NCBI GenBank assembly: GCA_036630325.1
Contig: CP142727.1
Coordinates: 434,001 to 498,000, forward strand
DNA: 64,000 nt
Reading direction: 5' to 3'
Source: Vairimorpha necatrix
Lineage: Eukaryota
Shown here: one piece after another, positions 59,514 to 64,000 of the stretch
Position numbering within the stretch: the stretch's first letter is position 1
Layout: every line of letters begins with the position of its first letter
The notes under the pieces: generated by a model
Seen by the model: the letters and a program-made list of their open reading frames with translations, nothing else
Databases searched by the model: none
What the model was told of the DNA's origin: nothing
Position numbers and translations under genes: made by a program

Positions 59514-62500
59514 TGTTATATATTTTTATTTTTTTGATCCCCAATTATGATAAATAAATACATGGGGGCGATACCGAATCGTGAGTTAACAAGTGTTGGC
59601 TGTGGTCAAGAGGCCAGAAGGTTATTAGAAGAGTTTAAGAGATTTGTTTATGGATTAGTATTGTCTGATTATGATTTTGAGAAAAATGTAAAGAACGAGA
59701 TTTTTGATCTTGGAACTGATGAGTTGAAAGAATTTATGGTTAAGAAAATTAAGATTGGAGATCATTGGAAAGTTATGGAAACCAAATTAGAGGAATTGGT
59801 TAAAGTACAGGAGGAAAAGGATATGAGATTACGGATGATTGAGGAGGTCACAAAGATGGTGGCAGAGGAGATTAGAAATATTAGTAGAGAGGAAAGAATA
59901 TTTGAGAAGAGAAGAACAATGAGATGTTATAATTGTTCAAGAATGGGACATAAGAGTCAGATGTGTTATTATAAATATAGAAATGTTAAGAATAAAGACG
60001 AATGTGAGAGTATTAAAGAAGAAGATAGCATAGCTGTGGTGAAAGGACTTATAGGAACACATGGGATGCTAAAAGACAAAAGAAACAAGAATGGAAGACA
60101 AGAAATAAAAGATGTTATGATGAGGTAGAAAAGAACGGTCTAACATTAGAAGACATGAGAAAGAGGTTTAGGAACGTTATAGACAACGAAGAAGAGAAAA
60201 TAAGATATTGTAAAATTGAGAAATGCAGAATCAGAACTGAAGAAGGTAAGAAAGTTGTAAGGAAAGGTCAGCAGGTGCCACAAGCGCATAAAGAAGAGCT
60301 GAGAAAATATATTCAGAGGTTAGAGACAAGGAACGTCATAAGAAGATCGACGTCGGAATATAGAAATCCGATCAAAGCTTTAATTAAGCCAGATGGAAGT
60401 ATAAGACTGGTAAGCAATCTCATGGCATTAAATGATTTAGTGGAGAAAGACCCTTATGAATTAGTGAACATTAGGGATATCATAAGGAACACGCAAGGAT
60501 CGAAGTTTTTCAGTGTTATAGACCTTAAGGAGGCTTTTTATGGAATCGAAATAGAAGAGCAAGACAAGCATAAGACTGCATTTGAGTATGATAAGATAGT
60601 ATATGAATGGAATAGTATGGTCATGGGTTTAAAAACTCGCCTCAGATCATGCAGAGAATTATGAATAAGATTTTTGAAAAACATTTGGGTGGTAAAATAG
60701 AAGTATACATGGATGATATAGTGATTCATGCGAAGACTAGAAAAGAACATGATAAATTATTTGTAGAAGCGATGAAATTGTTAGAACGGAATAATATGCG
60801 GATAAATTCAAGGAAAATTCAGTATTGCCAAAAGGAAGTCAAGTTATTGGGAGTTACATTAAACGGAGATGATATGATGCCGTCTGAAATCAAGAAAAAC
60901 GAAGCACTAGAGTTTCCAACGCCGCAGAATGTGTCTGACATAAGAAGATTTTTAGGACTGAGTGGATGGTTTCGAGGATTTATTAAGAATTATGCGGAGA
61001 AGACATTATATATGACTGAAAGTTTGAAAGGTAAAAGTAAAGTATTGAATTGGACTGATGACTTAAATAAAGAGTTCGAAAATATGAAGGAAACGTTAAG
61101 AAGTATGAGTAAGTTGAAAATTGTAAACTATGACAAGGAATTTTTATTAAGAACTGACGCGAGCAATATAGAAATGGGCGCAGTACTCATGCAGAAGAAT
61201 GATAAAGAAGAGTGGGTGCCAGTACAATGGGCATCGAAGAAATTCACCCCGACGGAAACTAGATATGGTATAAGTGAAAAAGAAATGTATGCCATATATT
61301 GGGGAATAAAGAAATTTGAGTATGAGTTAAGAGGACGAAAATTTAAAGTAGAAACGGATCACAAAGCAAAGGCGAAGATAGGAAGAAAGCCGTGTTTTAA
61401 TAATAATAGAATTAATCGATGGATTGAAAAGATCCAAGAATTTGACTTTGAAATAGATTACAGGAAACCAGAACATATGGTCGTGGCGGATGCTTTGAGT
61501 AGGATACACGAGGAGGTTGATCCAAGAAAAGAGATGATAAAAAAAGAAGTGAGCGTCAAATTGAAGGTAAATGGTTGAAACACGTCGAGACAATAGATGG
61601 TAAAGAATACTGGAATTTTGATTCGGGGAGGAAAGCATTGATTCCTAAAATAAAAGAAAGAGATGAGCTTATGAGACGTTATCATGAAGAGCATGGACAC
61701 AGAGGACTAGGAAGCATGTATTATGCAATGAAGTTTGATTATTATTGGCCAGGAATAAAAGAAGATATAGTGAAAATGATAAAAAGATGCGAGGAGTGTC
61801 AAATTTACAATAGGAAAAAGTCTGGAGGATGTGATTTTGTTGCTACAAGCAGGTATTTAGAAAAAGTGGCGTTAGATTTAATTGATTTTAGAGATAAGGG
61901 CAAATATGTATTAGTTGCGATAGATTACTATACGAGGATAGCGTGGGGATGTGTATTATACGATAAGAAGAGATCCTCTGTGGCCCAGTTTATTGAGAAC
62001 TTATGTAGGAATGGCAGGAGGCCGAAGAAAATAATAACGGATAATGGGAAGGAATTTGATAATGTTGACTTTAAGGATTTGTGAAGAAAATTGGATATTA
62101 CCCATAATAAGGTGAGTGTCGAGTCTCATAGAAGCAATGGTAGAGTTGAAAGAGTTATAGGAACGCTTAGAGAGCTAATATTGAAAATGAGTAAAGAGAC
62201 GACGAGTTTTGAAGACATAGTGATGAAAAGCTTTAAAATTTACTATAATAGTTTTCATGAAGGTATAAGAAGTACTCCCAATGAAGCGGTAAAAGACAAT
62301 ACGGGAAAAGTGATGATATTAAATGGACCAGAAGGAGACTACAGTAAAAGATTTGTTAGAAGATATAGAGAGCGGTTTATTGAAGGACAACGAGTAAGGA
62401 TAGCTAAGAAAGAAAACATCAAAGGATGTAATAAATATGAAAAGGGAAGGTTTTTAGACGAAGGTATTATAATGGTGATATGCCCTGGGGACTCGTAAGT

Positions 62501-62654
62501 TGTGAAGCTATCTAATGGGCGATATGTTAAAAAGAGACATTATGACTTGAAAAATCTGCTTGGGGTTAATGGTGATGTAGGAGACTAACCGTCTTGGAGG
62601 GGGGATGTTATATACTCTTATATTTTTGATCCCCAATTATGATAAATAAATACA
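59514..62654 (+). mobile_element. Ty3/Gypsy-type LTR retrotransposon, element 3 (3141 bp, 49-bp LTRs)
   Basis: LTRs at 59514-59562 and 62606-62654 (3 mismatches). TSD TTTAT at 59509-59513 and 62655-62659. PBS TGGGGGCGATACC and PPT GGAGGGGGGA. Confidence 0.96.
59547..62588 (+). pseudogene. Decayed Gag-RT-RNaseH-integrase polyprotein of element 3
   Basis: CYNCSRMGHKSQMC, YMDD and DDE motifs. Frameshifts in the post-knuckle linker, near 60630 and near 61545. In-frame stops at 62082-62084 and 62496-62498. Natural stop at 62586-62588. Confidence 0.9.
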
Positions 62655-63587
62655 TTTATTATTATTGATAAGGAAAATCAAAGAGTTAAATGTAGATTCG
62701 ATATCAATATAAAAAATTATATATATCATATTGAAATATGATAAAAATGCATCTGAACAAAAAGTAAATGTGTCTTTTTAGTATTTATTAATAGTTAAAA
62801 ATTTTTTATCGCCCAATAATAGAAAGTCAATAATAAGCTGTATGATTTTACCCTTTCACAAATATCAGAAAAATTAATATAAAAACGATATTTGTGTCTT
62901 TAAAGTTTTTTATTTGAAGTTTAAAGCGGAATATCGCTTTATTTACTTACATTTGTCGATAAAGTATACATTCTTTGAAAAATCGCAACGGTCAATTCCG
63001 GACAATTTCTCATTAGAAAGAATCTTAGAGAGATTTAGAAAAATAATGAAAATGATAAAATCATTTTTTTTAAAAACTTTGATGTTGCAAACAGAAATAT
63101 GCTACTATTCTATAATTTTTAGATATCCTATGCTTCTTCGATGGATTAAATCTTTCAAACCCCCGGCATTGGAGCTTCTCGTATTGTTTTCAAATATTTA
63201 TTCCTATTAGATACGATCAGGGCTTTATATCAAATTATAACATTACCTCCTTCATTTATATTAACTCATCATAAAAAACATTGCAACTTTGGCAGTTATA
63301 TTATTCGACTGCCTTGATTTATATTTACCAATGTTATACAAGTTAAAACTTATAAAAGTATTTTTTAATGAAGCATTTCCCATGAGAAAAATTCGGCGTG
63401 TGCCGTGCAATTCTCAGTTCCTTTATTCGTACTTTCTAAATATATGTCAAAAAAGTTTAATTTTAACAAGATATATGCATTCAAAGTAATTTAACAAGTT
63501 TTACGCCACAATAACCGTTTTGTTGGTTTTTTACAATCTCTACTATTTTACGGCATAAATTTTCCTTTTTTGTTGTTTTGTAAATTA

Positions 63588-64000
63588 GGCTAATTTTCAC
63601 TTTGACACCCCCTACCAATATAAATTAAGAATTTTATATTTTTAGCCCTGTTTTTTCAAAAGTCAAAGTGTCCAGAGCGGAAAGGAACAAAGAAAAATTT
63701 ACATAAGTAAAAAAATGGTCTTATAAATATCTAATTTGAACATAGTTTATAAAAAATTTATTATTTAAACCAATTTAATGTTTTTTCTAAAAAACTATGA
63801 GTTAAATAGAAGTCTTAATTTGTAAAAATATGTTTTAACCTATTGCTTTCTTTTGTCATTACAATTAATTTTTGCCATTGATAAACTTGTTTATACTTCA
63901 GTTTATGTTGTTTAAAACAAATTTTAGGTTTGGTTATTCTTAGTTTGGTAGTTTTTTTTTAATCTTGTTTTTTAGGTTTTCATTGGTTTTTCTAGACAAA
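63588..64000 (+). mobile_element. Second copy of the MITE-like family, running off the window end
   Basis: TIR-like start GGCTAATTTTCACTTTGACACCCCC, with interior homology to 56830-57170. Confidence 0.65.

Noticed and set aside
60100-60155. Programmed gag-pol frameshift in element 3
   Set aside because: Elements 1 and 2 are in frame across this linker and element 3 carries several other lesions, so decay is more parsimonious.

Overview
This is very AT-rich eukaryotic DNA with intronless, divergent genes and CCC/GGG motifs just before start codons. It is most consistent with a microsporidian genome (inference). A compact housekeeping block at ~26.3-40.2 kb contains Sec63, an aldo-keto reductase, a cullin-like protein, two small ORFs, a USP deubiquitinase, a Ski2-like helicase and Rpn6. 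It is flanked by gene-poor, transposon-rich regions carrying lineage-specific secreted or membrane genes, several of them disrupted. The main result is three diverged, complete Ty3/Gypsy-type retrotransposons of only 3.08-3.18 kb. Each has 38-49 bp LTRs (TG...CA, perfect 5-bp TSD, PBS, PPT). Each encodes one LTR-to-LTR polyprotein (mini-Gag-RT-RNaseH-IN) with no recognisable protease. Each tiny LTR contains the CCC promoter motif, the gag ATG and an AATAAA. The window also holds a 2.04-kb Gag-only LTR element with 336-bp LTRs, three copies of a ~0.8-kb tRNA-headed SINE, three 3' remnants of an RLE-type non-LTR retrotransposon, a MITE-like TIR family and a three-member small membrane-protein family.
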